A stretch of 64,000 nucleotides of DNA from an uncultured bacterium (GCA_963704645.1 OY969926.1:1024001-1088000), one strand, 5' to 3'. Shown: positions 9,718 to 19,716, counted from the stretch's first letter. Notes: generated by a model not told the origin, from the letters alone. Translations and numbers: made by a program.

Positions 9718-10731
9718 CTAAAAAGTTACTATTTCTCCTACTTCCATCATATTTCTAAGTTGATGATGTAAACTTAAATCTGTTTGTTTGTCATTTACTG
9801 CGTCAAAGTAACCGCCAATAATTCTGGAAGCTAGAACTGATGGAAATTGTTGATAGAAAAGTGCTTTTTTTTCTGGATTTAACTTTGAAACAGTTAGCTG
9901 TAGAAACTCTTTAGCTAAATCTGGTCTTTCGGCTTGGGTAAAAGTTCTATGGTAGAAATAGGCAATATCGTAAAAATCTGGTTTTAGGGAAGCATGTTCA
10001 CCGTCTATTAAGTAAAGCTGACCTGTAGTAGTTTCCAAAATATGCCAAGGTACAAAATCAGCATGATTAATACAAAATTTCCAGCTGCCAATATTGTCTT
10101 TTATTATATTTAATTGATATTCTAAAGATACTCCAATTAAACTTTCTTGTTGAAGCCAAGATTCAATTTTTGCCAGCAAAATTTCTTGCCCATTACCAAT
10201 AAGTGTTCTATTTTCAGATAATTTATATATTCCCTGCCCTTGTTTAGGTAAAGTTAAGAAGGATGAATTTTGCAATTCTGAACAAAACCTAGCTATTTCG
10301 GGTAGGTATTTTTGTAGGTTGTGAACTTTAGGATTAAGCTTATTTTTATCACATTTTGTAGCCAGAGGCTTACCTTCCACAAACTCTGAAATATAGTAAG
10401 AAAGGTCTTTAAGCTTGCCAGTGTTAATAATTTTTGGGGCTTTCAATTTTAATTCTGGTAGCTTGGAATTAATAAAAGAATTCCAATTGGTTTCATTTTC
10501 CAGTCTCTGACTAATGGCATCTGTGCTGGCCATTTTAAAAAATCTTACTTCGCCTTCATACTCAACCTTTCCAGTAATATTTCGCCATAATTGATTTAAT
10601 TCAATGGGTTTAATACCTATTTCTTGAAGGCTTGATGATACTTTTTGAATGTCCAGTTGCTCTTTTTCCCTGTAATTGCTTCCATCTTCATTAGTAAAAG
10701 CACTAGAATTTTTAGATTGTTCTTGGTTCAT
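9718..10731 (-). CDS. Aminoglycoside phosphotransferase/choline kinase-like protein
   Basis: FFKMA, HADFVPWHIL, LIDGEHA, YDIAY kinase-fold motifs. Confidence 0.8.
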   Translation of the reverse strand: MNQEQSKNSSAFTNEDGSNYREKEQLDIQKVSSSLQEIGIKPIELNQLWRNITGKVEYEGEVRFFKMASTDAISQRLENETNWNSFINSKLPELKLKAPKIINTGKLKDLSYYISEFVEGKPLATKCDKNKLNPKVHNLQKYLPEIARFCSELQNSSFLTLPKQGQGIYKLSENRTLIGNGQEILLAKIESWLQQESLIGVSLEYQLNIIKDNIGSWKFCINHADFVPWHILETTTGQLYLIDGEHASLKPDFYDIAYFYHRTFTQAERPDLAKEFLQLTVSKLNPEKKALFYQQFPSVLASRIIGGYFDAVNDKQTDLSLHHQLRNMMEVGEIVTF

Positions 10732-10752
10732 AACTTAAAATTTCCTACTAGA

Positions 10753-11529
10753 TTATCCCCTATAAGCGTTATAAGCCACAAAGCTTAAATTTCTTTCGGC
10801 TACAACTCCAGAATTTAACTGGCGAATTGTTCCGCTGGCTGCATTTCTTGGGTTGGCAAAAACTGCTTCTGGGCCGGTACTTCCCATTTTACCAACTTTT
10901 TGGCCAGCACTAATTTCCTTGTTTAATTGATCAAAATCTTGCTTAGACAAAAAAACTTCTCCCCTAACCTCCAGTTTGCCTTTATATTCAATTTGCTTAG
11001 GTACAAATTTAATTTGTTTAACATTTTCGGTTACCAGCTCGCCTATAAAACCATCACCACGCGTAGCCGCTGAAACCAAGATTCCATTTTCGTAGTGTAA
11101 AGAAATTGCTAGACCGTCTAGTTTTGGCTCGCAGACATAGATTTGGTTGTTATATTCGAATAGGTTTTCATTAGAATTTCCTGAGTCTAATTCTTTAGGA
11201 TTTACCGAAGTTTCCCCTTGTTGTTTTTGAAGATAATCTTTCCATCTCTGGTCCCAATCTTTTAATTCCTGCAAATCAAAAATGTCGTTTAAAGATAGCA
11301 TTCTTTTTGTATGAGTAAATTTTTCAAAACCTTTAGAAACTCCTCCACTTATGGTGTAATTTGGGCTATTTGGGGAAATTTTAGTTGGATTATTTACTTC
11401 GTATAAAGTAATTTGGTGTTTTAAGTCATCCAAAACTTCTTCCGAAATTTCTTCTACATTAAACAAATGAACTTGATTTCTTAAACGATTAACCTCGGCT
11501 ACTAAAGCTAAATATTCTGTATGGTTCAT
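10753..11529 (-). CDS. ligA: NAD-dependent DNA ligase, N-terminal fragment only (domain Ia plus part of adenylation domain)
   Basis: MLSL, EPKLDG, TRGDG, EVRGEV, ANPRNAASG; stops at 258 aa with no OB/Zn/HhH/BRCT. Confidence 0.9.
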   Translation of the reverse strand: MNHTEYLALVAEVNRLRNQVHLFNVEEISEEVLDDLKHQITLYEVNNPTKISPNSPNYTISGGVSKGFEKFTHTKRMLSLNDIFDLQELKDWDQRWKDYLQKQQGETSVNPKELDSGNSNENLFEYNNQIYVCEPKLDGLAISLHYENGILVSAATRGDGFIGELVTENVKQIKFVPKQIEYKGKLEVRGEVFLSKQDFDQLNKEISAGQKVGKMGSTGPEAVFANPRNAASGTIRQLNSGVVAERNLSFVAYNAYRG

Positions 11530-11624
11530 ATAATAACGGCTTGACTTTTTTCCCAAAGTGCCAAATTAGTATGATTGTGTCAAGACAAAATACCTTTAAG
11601 TCAAAAATAATTACCTGGCAATTT

Positions 11625-12185
11625 ATGACTAGGTTCATGCTTAGTATAATTACTTTATATGTTGGAATTGCTATTGGTTTTGCAACTTTAGCCCCCTATA
11701 ACTACACAAGGAAAAACCAGAATTTTTTGCTTTCTGGGTCTACAGTGTTAATGCAACCAGCTATGGAAGTTCTAGCTGATGGGAAAGTAACTCATTTTTA
11801 TGATTACAAAAACTTACCTTTAAACGAGGTTCCCGCCATTGAGCCTGCCCAGGTTATTTCTTCTAAAGAACAATTTAGAAATTTTAACGGCGAAGTTCAG
11901 TCTCACTTTATAAATGCTTTAGCAAGCCTTGGCCAAGTAAGAGAATCGGCTATAGTAGAACCAATTAATTATTCTGGGAATTGGTCTTTAGCTTTTTGCC
12001 AAACAGTTTCAAACAGTTCCAATACAGTTTGCCAGGTTTCTAAGATAAAATATTCTGGTCCAGTTAAAATTTTAGTTGATGGAACTAGCTATATTTGGGG
12101 TTTAACTGAAAACGGAGAGTGGATAGAGCTAAAAATTGTTGAATATATAGACAGGTCAGAACGAAGAGATTTGTTGTTTATTTAG
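11625..12185 (+). CDS. Membrane-anchored hypothetical protein
   Basis: N-terminal hydrophobic segment; likely start ATG 11625. Confidence 0.6.
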   Translation: MTRFMLSIITLYVGIAIGFATLAPYNYTRKNQNFLLSGSTVLMQPAMEVLADGKVTHFYDYKNLPLNEVPAIEPAQVISSKEQFRNFNGEVQSHFINALASLGQVRESAIVEPINYSGNWSLAFCQTVSNSSNTVCQVSKIKYSGPVKILVDGTSYIWGLTENGEWIELKIVEYIDRSERRDLLFI

Positions 12186-12412
12186 AAAAGCTTATTTCCC
12201 TGAGTAAGTTAGGACAAGGTAAAGGTGTAATTAAATAATCATGATAAAACCAAAACCCCCAATAAAGGGAGCTAAGTTTGGTTAGAAGTATAGCACAATT
12301 AGAGTAAACCGTGGCTGAAAGTACCCCTGGTAAGTAAACTGGCGCAGGTTGAACTTGTTTCAACCGACATGTTTGCCCGAAGGGGTCAAGCCAAAGGCTT
12401 GGGGGTAGCGCC

Positions 12413-12626
12413 GCAAGGTTTGAGGGTAGTTTTGGAATGCGGGATTAAGACTTTATGTATTTGATTTTGTTTTTCTCTATTTCCTTGTCACACCCCAAGT
12501 GGGAGGCGACAAGCATCTCCCCTACTTGGTGTTGTTGAGTTAAAGTATTCCCATACTAAAGTCCACTCCCCATCCCCTTCCCCCTGGGAGATGACAAGCA
12601 TCTCCCCTACATAGTGTTGTGGAGTT
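12413..12626 (-). repeat. Two tandem GTAG-type REP palindromes plus a segment shared with 2757-2789
   Basis: GGGAGNNGACAAGCATCTCCCCTAC at about 12501 and 12586, each followed by TNGTGTTGTNGAGTT. Confidence 0.75.
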
Positions 12627-12639
12627 CAATTATTAACCC

Positions 12640-14358
12640 CTACAACCCACTTCCTCCAATAGAAGTAACTCCAATAGAACCAGCTTTGAAATCATAGTTG
12701 GAATAGATTAGATAGTTCTTTGTAGTGTTTGTAGTTGTATTTGTTGTTATTGCAGTTATTTCAAAGTCTACATTAAATAATAGTTGATTTGCTTTAAGAA
12801 GGTTTCCTGTACATCCTGTAGTATTATTGTATGTAGAGTTTGTTGTTAATGTTCTGTAGCTTGTATCTGTTCTGAATTTGTATTTTATGGAACATGTTGT
12901 AGTAAATCCAGATTGTTCTAATCTTGTATCTTTTAGAGTTAGTATTAGGTTATCTGAGTTTGTAGAACCAGAAGCTCCATATCTTTTGGCTAGGGCTTGG
13001 GTTGGGCTGTAGGTTAGAGCTGTTTCGAATAGGGCACATGGGTCTGTGATGGAACATTCTACTTCTAGAAGTGAAGTGAAGTTAACTGTTAAAGAGCTAG
13101 CTGTTCCTGATGTTTTAGCTCCTGATGCTGTTAGAGTCCCCGTGGTGCCAACCTGTTGTCCGTTGGTAAGTCCACTGGTTGGTGCTTGCATGGAGTAAGA
13201 GATGTAGCCGTGGCCTCTGGTTGTGTCTAGGGTGTCAAAACCTTTAAGACTTCCAGAGTTATTTGCTGGTGTAGAGTTCCAACCAATAGTTGAATCACAC
13301 TCAGCTTGAGTAGTTGCAACACCATTGTTGTTTGTATTTGTATAGCCAACAGGGCTAACAATTATTCCACCTCCAGAACTTAAACATCGATTATAGTCAA
13401 AATATCTTTTACCTAAGGAATCAAAACCTTTTAAACTGCCTGAATCAATGGCTGGTATAGAATTCCAACCAATACTGCCATCACATTGAGCCTGAGTAGT
13501 TGCAGCACCACTATTATCTGTATTGGTGTAATTAAGTAATTGAACAATATTTCCAGTACTTCCTGCATACGTAGCTTGGCATCGTAAAAAGTCGGCATAT
13601 CTTTTACCTACTGTATCTATCCCTTTGTAACTACCACTATTAAGGGAAGGTATGGAACTCCAACCAATGGTTGCGTCACACTCAGCTTGAGTAGTTGCAA
13701 CGCCGTTGTTGTTTGTATTTGTAAAAGGTAATGGGCTAATTGTGTTACCACCACTTCCTGTAAGCAAAGTACATCTAATGAAGTCTAGATACCTCTTCTT
13801 CCCCAACTCCAAATTAGAAGAAGTAAGAGTATTGTCTGCAGCATATCCAAAGTATCCAGCACCTGGTGCTACAGAAAGGTTCTGTCCTGTAAATACATTA
13901 TTGTTTAGTGTTACTGGAGTAGCGTCTACATAACTATTTGTTACTGCTCCTACTCTTGTGAAGTTGGCTGGCATACTATCTGTAATGTTAGCTGCTGTTA
14001 CAGATGCTGTAGTTGTATTATTATAATAGTTTCTTACATTAACTAATTCTCCTGGAGCAATATCTAAACTTCTATATAATTGTCCGTTCTTTTCATACAT
14101 TTTTACAAAACATACTCCTGCTGTATTTGTTCCTCCATTAGATGTATAAGTTGCACAGTCTGAGGGGTTAAAAGCAGTTGCTGCTGTATTTGCTGCTTTG
14201 GCTGTATCAGAATCTTGTTTTAATAGGTTATATGTAAATAATCCTGAGATAAGAAGTACAGAAAGTGCTAATACTGAGACTAAAGAATATTTACCTTTTT
14301 TTGATTGGAAGAAGGAATTTAGATTAGTGTCTTTTTTCAAAGATTTTTTTTGGTTCAT
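12640..14358 (-). CDS. Surface protein: N-terminal TM/signal, DUF11-like domain, three ~62-aa Cys-containing repeats
   Basis: APGELVNVRNYYNN...ITDSMPANF is DUF11-like; repeat GKRYxDxxRC...TTQAxCDxxIGW...SGSxKGxD occurs 3 times. Confidence 0.75.
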   Translation of the reverse strand: MNQKKSLKKDTNLNSFFQSKKGKYSLVSVLALSVLLISGLFTYNLLKQDSDTAKAANTAATAFNPSDCATYTSNGGTNTAGVCFVKMYEKNGQLYRSLDIAPGELVNVRNYYNNTTTASVTAANITDSMPANFTRVGAVTNSYVDATPVTLNNNVFTGQNLSVAPGAGYFGYAADNTLTSSNLELGKKRYLDFIRCTLLTGSGGNTISPLPFTNTNNNGVATTQAECDATIGWSSIPSLNSGSYKGIDTVGKRYADFLRCQATYAGSTGNIVQLLNYTNTDNSGAATTQAQCDGSIGWNSIPAIDSGSLKGFDSLGKRYFDYNRCLSSGGGIIVSPVGYTNTNNNGVATTQAECDSTIGWNSTPANNSGSLKGFDTLDTTRGHGYISYSMQAPTSGLTNGQQVGTTGTLTASGAKTSGTASSLTVNFTSLLEVECSITDPCALFETALTYSPTQALAKRYGASGSTNSDNLILTLKDTRLEQSGFTTTCSIKYKFRTDTSYRTLTTNSTYNNTTGCTGNLLKANQLLFNVDFEITAITTNTTTNTTKNYLIYSNYDFKAGSIGVTSIGGSGL

Positions 14359-14481
14359 ATTTTGTTTTTGTTTTTTTAAATACACACAGAAGAGTATATT
14401 TTCTGCTTATGCTTGTTAGTGTATTTTGTTTTTTTGTTTTGGGCAAAAAGAACTGGATTACAGGTAAAAATTATTGATACA

Positions 14482-14918
14482 CTATCTAACTTTTGAAGGT
14501 TGCTCTATTCTTTTCTTCCAATAAATATAAAGTGTAGAAACTGCTAAGATCCCACCTAAAAAGTAGATTAATCTTAATGCCCACCAATAATTTGGATCTA
14601 TGTTTTCTCTAAAAACCAGGCCGTATGGGTGCCAATCACGCCCTAAATATTCCTGCGCTAAAAAGTTTTGTGGAATTTGAATTAAGCAGCCACCACTAAA
14701 ACCCTGAGAAGCCAAAACTAATGTAGTTAAAATTACTAAATCAAACTTCAACCAGCTATAAAAGCTATCAAACTTGTTTTGGAAAAATGTCTTAATTGGT
14801 AGAAATATTTCTAACGCAGAAAAAATACCAAGTGCTACTGGAAAAGCCCATATAATTGGTGTGTGTGTACTCTATCAATAAAGTTATTAATTTCTATTAC
14901 TTTGTTAGCATCTAACAT
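14482..14918 (-). pseudogene. Membrane protein (DUF2784-like, tentative) frameshifted at an (AC)5 tract
   Basis: Removing one AC at 14859-14868 joins MLDANKVIEINNFIDRVH to TPIIWAFPVALG... in a single 144-aa ORF. Confidence 0.7.
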
Positions 14919-15011
14919 AAATTTATGGTAATTTTATTTTACGCTTAAAGTCAACGTTTTTCAAATAGTAATAAGAATCAACGAGCATCTAGTTTTGCAA
15001 TCTCTTAAGGT

Positions 15012-15044
15012 TTAGACCCTGAAACAAGTTCAAGGTGACAGGCT
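15012..15044 (-). repeat. TGTCACCCTGAA-type palindromic repeat, copy 2
   Basis: TTAGACCCTGAAACAAGTTCAAGGTGACAGGCT. Confidence 0.85.
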
Positions 15045-15136
15045 TGCAAGGCTCTATGAGATTGTTTTGTAAATTCAGTGAGGCAGTTTATCACCGCATC
15101 TTAGTTTAAGTTCTAATTCAATAGAAAGTATTTACC

Positions 15137-16648
15137 CTAAAAACCTTTCCCAGAAATTAAATTACCTGCGTCGCGGAATGCAATTAAAACACCCAATCCT
15201 AACAATGCCAAGAAAGTTATACTAATTACAGTTCCTTCAAGTTTTTTGTTTCTCTTCCCCAAAATTTTATTCAAAGTAATAATTACCCATCGGCCACCGT
15301 CTAGTGCTGGTAAAGGAAGTAAATTGAAAGCTGCTAAAGCAACCGAAATTACAGCCATAATGTTCAATATTCCACTAATACCTTGAAGGTTAAAAATTTC
15401 AGAGCTAATACTGCTAATGGCTATTGGACCACCAACATAATTTAACGCAGTTTTATCGGCAGAAGTTGGTAGCAAAGCTACAAAAACATCACCTAGAACT
15501 TTAAAATTCAAGACGAAAATATTTTTAGTACTGTTAAAAGCCATGCTAATTGCACCTCCAATATCTTTAGCTTTATATTGAACAACATAACCGAAACCAT
15601 CACTTTGTACCCCAAACCTAGCTTGTCCATCTACAACTGCTAATTCAACTTTTTCAGTTTTAGTTTCGCCGGTTGCTTTTGCACGATACACAACTTCAAC
15701 TGGAGCATCTTTTTTGGATTGAACCAAGTTTCTAAATTCATCAAAAGATTGTAAATTGCTTAAATTTTGTCCTCCGAAGCTAATTAACTCATCACCTGGA
15801 CGAATTCCAGCTTTATAGGCAGGACCAGTTTTATCTAGTCTAAAAATTGTAATGTTTTCAGACTTTGAAGTTATATTAGCACTGTCTTGAATTTCTTTAA
15901 TTGAATCTGGCAATACTGTTGAAGGTGGGGTTGATAAGAACCCAAATAACATGAAAAATATTGTAAAAGCAGTTAATAAGTTAAAAGTTACACCACCTAA
16001 CAAAACTAAAGTTTGTTGCCACCAAGCCTTGTTCATAAAAGCTTCTTTAGAATCTAGTTTAGACTCATATTCCCAACTAGCCAAAGTTTCCACTTGTTTC
16101 AACATTTTTTCATACATTTCTGAAACTTGGTTCTTTTTATCTTCGAAAGATAAATCTGCGTTTAATAGTTCTTCTTTTTTGGTGAAAGCAAAACCAGTGT
16201 TAACAATTGTTTCGGCGGCTAAATCTAGTTTGTCACCTTTGTTTGCTGTAGACTCAAACCATTTCCATTTATCGTCATATTCAATGTTATTATCCTCTAA
16301 GAAAAATTCTAATTCTTGATTAGCTACAACTTCTTGAAATCTATCTTTAATATATTGTTTCTTAGCTTCTTCAGGATTAGTTTTAGAAGTTTCTTTGGCC
16401 TCATCAATTGCATCGTGATCACCGTAAATTCTGGCAAAACCACCCAATAAAACCCAGTTTAAAGACCAAATTATACCTTTCCATTTTCTATGCCAAAGCC
16501 TAGGTGGAATTCCTATTCCGTACTCTACAACTTTAATTCCGTTTAATCTGGCAATAATTAAATGCCCGAATTCGTGAATTGCAACCAACGGTAATAAAAT
16601 AACTACGAACCAAAAAACCAACGACAAAATTTGAATGATAATATCCAT
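15137..16648 (-). CDS. rseP: Site-2 protease RseP (M50) with PDZ domain and a large insertion
   Basis: HEFGH, GGFARIYG, PDZ-like GPAYKAGIRPGD, NLLPLPALDGG. Confidence 0.93.
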   Translation of the reverse strand: MDIIIQILSLVFWFVVILLPLVAIHEFGHLIIARLNGIKVVEYGIGIPPRLWHRKWKGIIWSLNWVLLGGFARIYGDHDAIDEAKETSKTNPEEAKKQYIKDRFQEVVANQELEFFLEDNNIEYDDKWKWFESTANKGDKLDLAAETIVNTGFAFTKKEELLNADLSFEDKKNQVSEMYEKMLKQVETLASWEYESKLDSKEAFMNKAWWQQTLVLLGGVTFNLLTAFTIFFMLFGFLSTPPSTVLPDSIKEIQDSANITSKSENITIFRLDKTGPAYKAGIRPGDELISFGGQNLSNLQSFDEFRNLVQSKKDAPVEVVYRAKATGETKTEKVELAVVDGQARFGVQSDGFGYVVQYKAKDIGGAISMAFNSTKNIFVLNFKVLGDVFVALLPTSADKTALNYVGGPIAISSISSEIFNLQGISGILNIMAVISVALAAFNLLPLPALDGGRWVIITLNKILGKRNKKLEGTVISITFLALLGLGVLIAFRDAGNLISGKGF

Positions 16649-16722
16649 AATACTAATGCATGAAACCCCAGCCAGTACCTATTGTCAAGAAATAGTTTGT
16701 AACTTAAATTGTAATAATTAAC

Positions 16723-17034
16723 ATGTACTTTTCCTGGACAAATTTTTTAATTGGATTAATTGGAGTTGCTGGTGGCATTTCCATAACTATTAACGCCTAT
16801 CATATTAACCATCACATATGGTATTTTACGTGGGCTGAAAGACATTTGGGCGGCGGAATGGGTACAATAGCTTATAAATGGATTGGCGTTGTTTTCAGTA
16901 TTTTTTCTGCTTTGGTAATGTTTGGGCAAATTAATATTTCAGGACAAAGCACAGCCTTAGGAGGAGTTACAACCAATGTTCCCGGTCAAACTACTACAAT
17001 TCCCGGTTCAGGTAGTGTGCAGATTGCACCTTAG
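16723..17034 (+). CDS. Small two-TM membrane protein
   Basis: 103-aa ORF, two hydrophobic helices flanking WAERHLGGG. Confidence 0.7.
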   Translation: MYFSWTNFLIGLIGVAGGISITINAYHINHHIWYFTWAERHLGGGMGTIAYKWIGVVFSIFSALVMFGQINISGQSTALGGVTTNVPGQTTTIPGSGSVQIAP

Positions 17035-17156
17035 TTTGAAAGGTGTTAGTTACAAAAAAAATTAACACCGTTTAAATTAGAGGATTCTTATAAAGATATG
17101 TGTAAGAACTATTTAAAATTGAGTGCTATGAACTATTTCAATTAGTGCTTCCAAAA

Positions 17157-17756
17157 TTAACCCTCCTCAATTAAAACCAAATTAGTAAATATTCCCAAAA
17201 CTACCATAAATATCAAAATTCTTTCAGCAACTGGGGCTAAACTTCCGGAAAAAGGATAGGAAACTAAGCATAAAATATACAACACAGCCACACAAATTTT
17301 TATACTTTTATTTATTTGTTTTTTATTATTAAAGAATACAAACAGAGACAAAAATACTGCCGTGGAACTAAATGAAAGATAAGCAAAAATTAGATGTAAA
17401 TAACCAATTATAGAAATATTATCTCCATATTGCGTTGGAAAAACGGCAATTAAAAAGTTGGTTGTAGCTGAAAATAAAATGAAGAACTGTAACCACTTTG
17501 AAATTTTAGAGCTTGAGTTGTTTGGAGCTATTTGCACTAATTTGAATAAAAAGTATTTAGAAACCGACAAACTAGCTAAACACAAAATAAATAATAGGTT
17601 AAAATTGCCCAAAGCAAAGTTACTAACAAACCCAGTTGAGAAAACAACGGAGGGGTCTAAAAAGTGAAGTAAAATTAGTAGAAAAACAAAAATTACCAGA
17701 AATGCGAAAGAGACATTTTTATAATTTTTAAAAGAGATTGCGTTAGCTTGATTCAT
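17157..17756 (-). CDS. DUF998-like multi-pass membrane protein
   Basis: About 6 TMs; VSNFA, AVFPT, LHLIFA, AERI pattern. Confidence 0.65.
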   Translation of the reverse strand: MNQANAISFKNYKNVSFAFLVIFVFLLILLHFLDPSVVFSTGFVSNFALGNFNLLFILCLASLSVSKYFLFKLVQIAPNNSSSKISKWLQFFILFSATTNFLIAVFPTQYGDNISIIGYLHLIFAYLSFSSTAVFLSLFVFFNNKKQINKSIKICVAVLYILCLVSYPFSGSLAPVAERILIFMVVLGIFTNLVLIEEG

Positions 17757-17847
17757 AAGACTTATTAAACTTACTAAGTAAAACACGGCAAGCCAAGGTT
17801 ATTTCAATCAATAAAAAATCTGAGGTCTAGCCTCAGAAGAATTAAAA

Positions 17848-18318
17848 TTAAAATACAATTTCAAGAAATATCAAGAAATAAATTAACCAAACAACACATA
17901 TTATTGGATAAAATGCAATTGCAGGTAAATTATATGTTAGACATATAAATGTAATCAAAGTAAAAGCTATGCCAGCAAGTAACTTTAGTACCTCTTTGAG
18001 AGTTGGCAATTCAGTTAATAACCTAACACATAAAAGTACTATAGAAGTTAATCCGACGATAATTGGGATTACAAAAAACAATATTTTAACTGGGTTTAGA
18101 ATGCACAGAAATGTAAAAAATACCGAAATTCCAAAAAATACTAGAACAAAATTATTTGTTTCATCACCTAGGCCAGAAACCGAGATTACTCCAACAATAA
18201 GGACTGTTGTTAAAATCAGAGAAACTAGCACTACCAATGAAAAATCTTTCAATTCTGCGATAGCATTCCCAATTTTTAGATAAGTATCGAAGTCCATCAC
18301 CGGTGAATAAGGATTCAT
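17848..18318 (-). CDS. Orphan multi-TM protein (cassette type)
   Basis: Hydrophobic 156-aa ORF; upstream TTGACC and GAGAGA; terminator TCTGAGG-CTAGA-CCTCAGA plus T-run. Confidence 0.65.
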   Translation of the reverse strand: MNPYSPVMDFDTYLKIGNAIAELKDFSLVVLVSLILTTVLIVGVISVSGLGDETNNFVLVFFGISVFFTFLCILNPVKILFFVIPIIVGLTSIVLLCVRLLTELPTLKEVLKLLAGIAFTLITFICLTYNLPAIAFYPIICVVWLIYFLIFLEIVF

Positions 18319-18436
18319 TACAATTCTCTCAAATTTAATACCTATTTAATAAGAGCACATAATTTTAAGTAGGTCAAAGCTGTTCAGCCATTCTCTACAT
18401 ATCTAATTTCTAAGATTCTTTGAGGGGTGATATACC

Positions 18437-19093
18437 CTATTCTAGCCCTTCTAAAAACTCAATAATTTTTGGGGTAATTGGGTAGTAATTTTTGGCGGCG
18501 AAGATATCTAAAGCTTCTTCTGAGGGAAACTGGGAGTTGGTAATTTCAAGCCCATTGTGAATAAAAAACCAATCGTAAGAACCACCTACTTTGTTTATTA
18601 CTTCTTGGCTGGCTATTCCATAACTAATTTTTTCTTCTGTTTGAAAATTTCCATTTGGCAAAGCAATTGCAAGCCCTTGAATAATCTGGATTCGCCTATT
18701 TTCTTGTCCATCCAATTTAGCCAAAACTGACACAGCCCGATTATAATTCTCTTCTCTTTGTTCTTCCCACATTTGTTTTGTATGAATAACCTTTTCATCG
18801 CCAAACATTACTTCCTTGCTTAAAGTTCCAGGCCAATTTAAAGCTTCAAAAATAAAACCTCTGTCTTGGGAAATAGTTGGTAAATTGTATGCTGCTGCAT
18901 AAGCTTTAGCTTTTAATAAAGCATCCCCACCAAAAGTTCCACTGTCTTCAGCAATATGACCAAGTTCTATTTTTGGAAGATCTTTTAGGGTAACTAAATT
19001 AAATTTTTCAGCAAGTCCAGGTGCCTGCCAAGCCAGTTTAAATAATCTAATTTTACTGCCGTTGGTGGTTGCAAAAAGTATAGTTGGATTCAT
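18437..19093 (-). CDS. Ham1/ITPase-like non-canonical NTP pyrophosphatase (divergent)
   Basis: LFATTNGSK, EDSGTFGGDALLKAK, QDRG...ALNWPG. Confidence 0.8.
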   Translation of the reverse strand: MNPTILFATTNGSKIRLFKLAWQAPGLAEKFNLVTLKDLPKIELGHIAEDSGTFGGDALLKAKAYAAAYNLPTISQDRGFIFEALNWPGTLSKEVMFGDEKVIHTKQMWEEQREENYNRAVSVLAKLDGQENRRIQIIQGLAIALPNGNFQTEEKISYGIASQEVINKVGGSYDWFFIHNGLEITNSQFPSEEALDIFAAKNYYPITPKIIEFLEGLE

Positions 19094-19123
19094 ATTTATG
19101 TTGATTGATTGTTTCTAAATAAT

Positions 19124-19672
19124 TTAATTTTGATTATATTTAGCTAATTTTTGTTTATCTAAAACCATTTGGAAAGCACCTATTTCTAAACCATTCGGTT
19201 GAATATACGGTGAAAGTTTTTCTTTTGTTTTTTCAAAACCAAATTTAGTGTAAAAATTTATAGCCTGATTATTATATTCTACAACTTCTAGCTTCACATC
19301 TTGATTGTGCCTGTAAAGATTGTTTAATGTGTATTTTAACAAAATTGAACCAAAACCTTTAGAATGGTATTCTTGCAAAAGGTATATTTCGTCCAGCTCT
19401 ATCCAGTCTGGTTCATAGATAATTAAACTAAAACCTATTACTTTTTTATTAAATTCCAAAACCCAATATTGGTAATTGTTTCTGGATAATGTATCAACAA
19501 GCTTTAACTGTTTGCCTGCCCAATATTCTTCAGGAAAGCTAATTTCACCTATATCAGATGACGGATTTAAAACCACATTTGTATAATGTCTCCCATGTTT
19601 TAGTATTTCAACAATTGAACCAGCATCTTTTTGTATGGCTTTCCTGATAACTAAATTTTTATCTTCAATCAT
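19124..19672 (-). CDS. GNAT acetyltransferase
   Basis: IYLLQEYHSKGFGS and NNQAINFYTKFGF motifs. Confidence 0.9.
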   Translation of the reverse strand: MIEDKNLVIRKAIQKDAGSIVEILKHGRHYTNVVLNPSSDIGEISFPEEYWAGKQLKLVDTLSRNNYQYWVLEFNKKVIGFSLIIYEPDWIELDEIYLLQEYHSKGFGSILLKYTLNNLYRHNQDVKLEVVEYNNQAINFYTKFGFEKTKEKLSPYIQPNGLEIGAFQMVLDKQKLAKYNQN

Positions 19673-19716
19673 TTTTGTAGAATCAATTTCAAGTATATTT
19701 AATATTCCGAATATTT

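Noticed and set aside
10753-10800. Split-intein trans-splicing of ligA, uvrC or helicase halves
   Set aside because: No intein N- or C-terminal sequence at the fragment ends
12178-12363. 61-aa minus-strand ORF
   Set aside because: TTG start, no recognisable features, adjacent to a repeat region
12500-12626. Possible mini CRISPR array
   Set aside because: Only two imperfect repeats, GTAG-REP type with dispersed relatives, and no cas genes
13226-13803. Possible DGR template/variable repeat pair
   Set aside because: Repeats are in-frame coding, differences are not confined to adenines, and no reverse transcriptase is in the window
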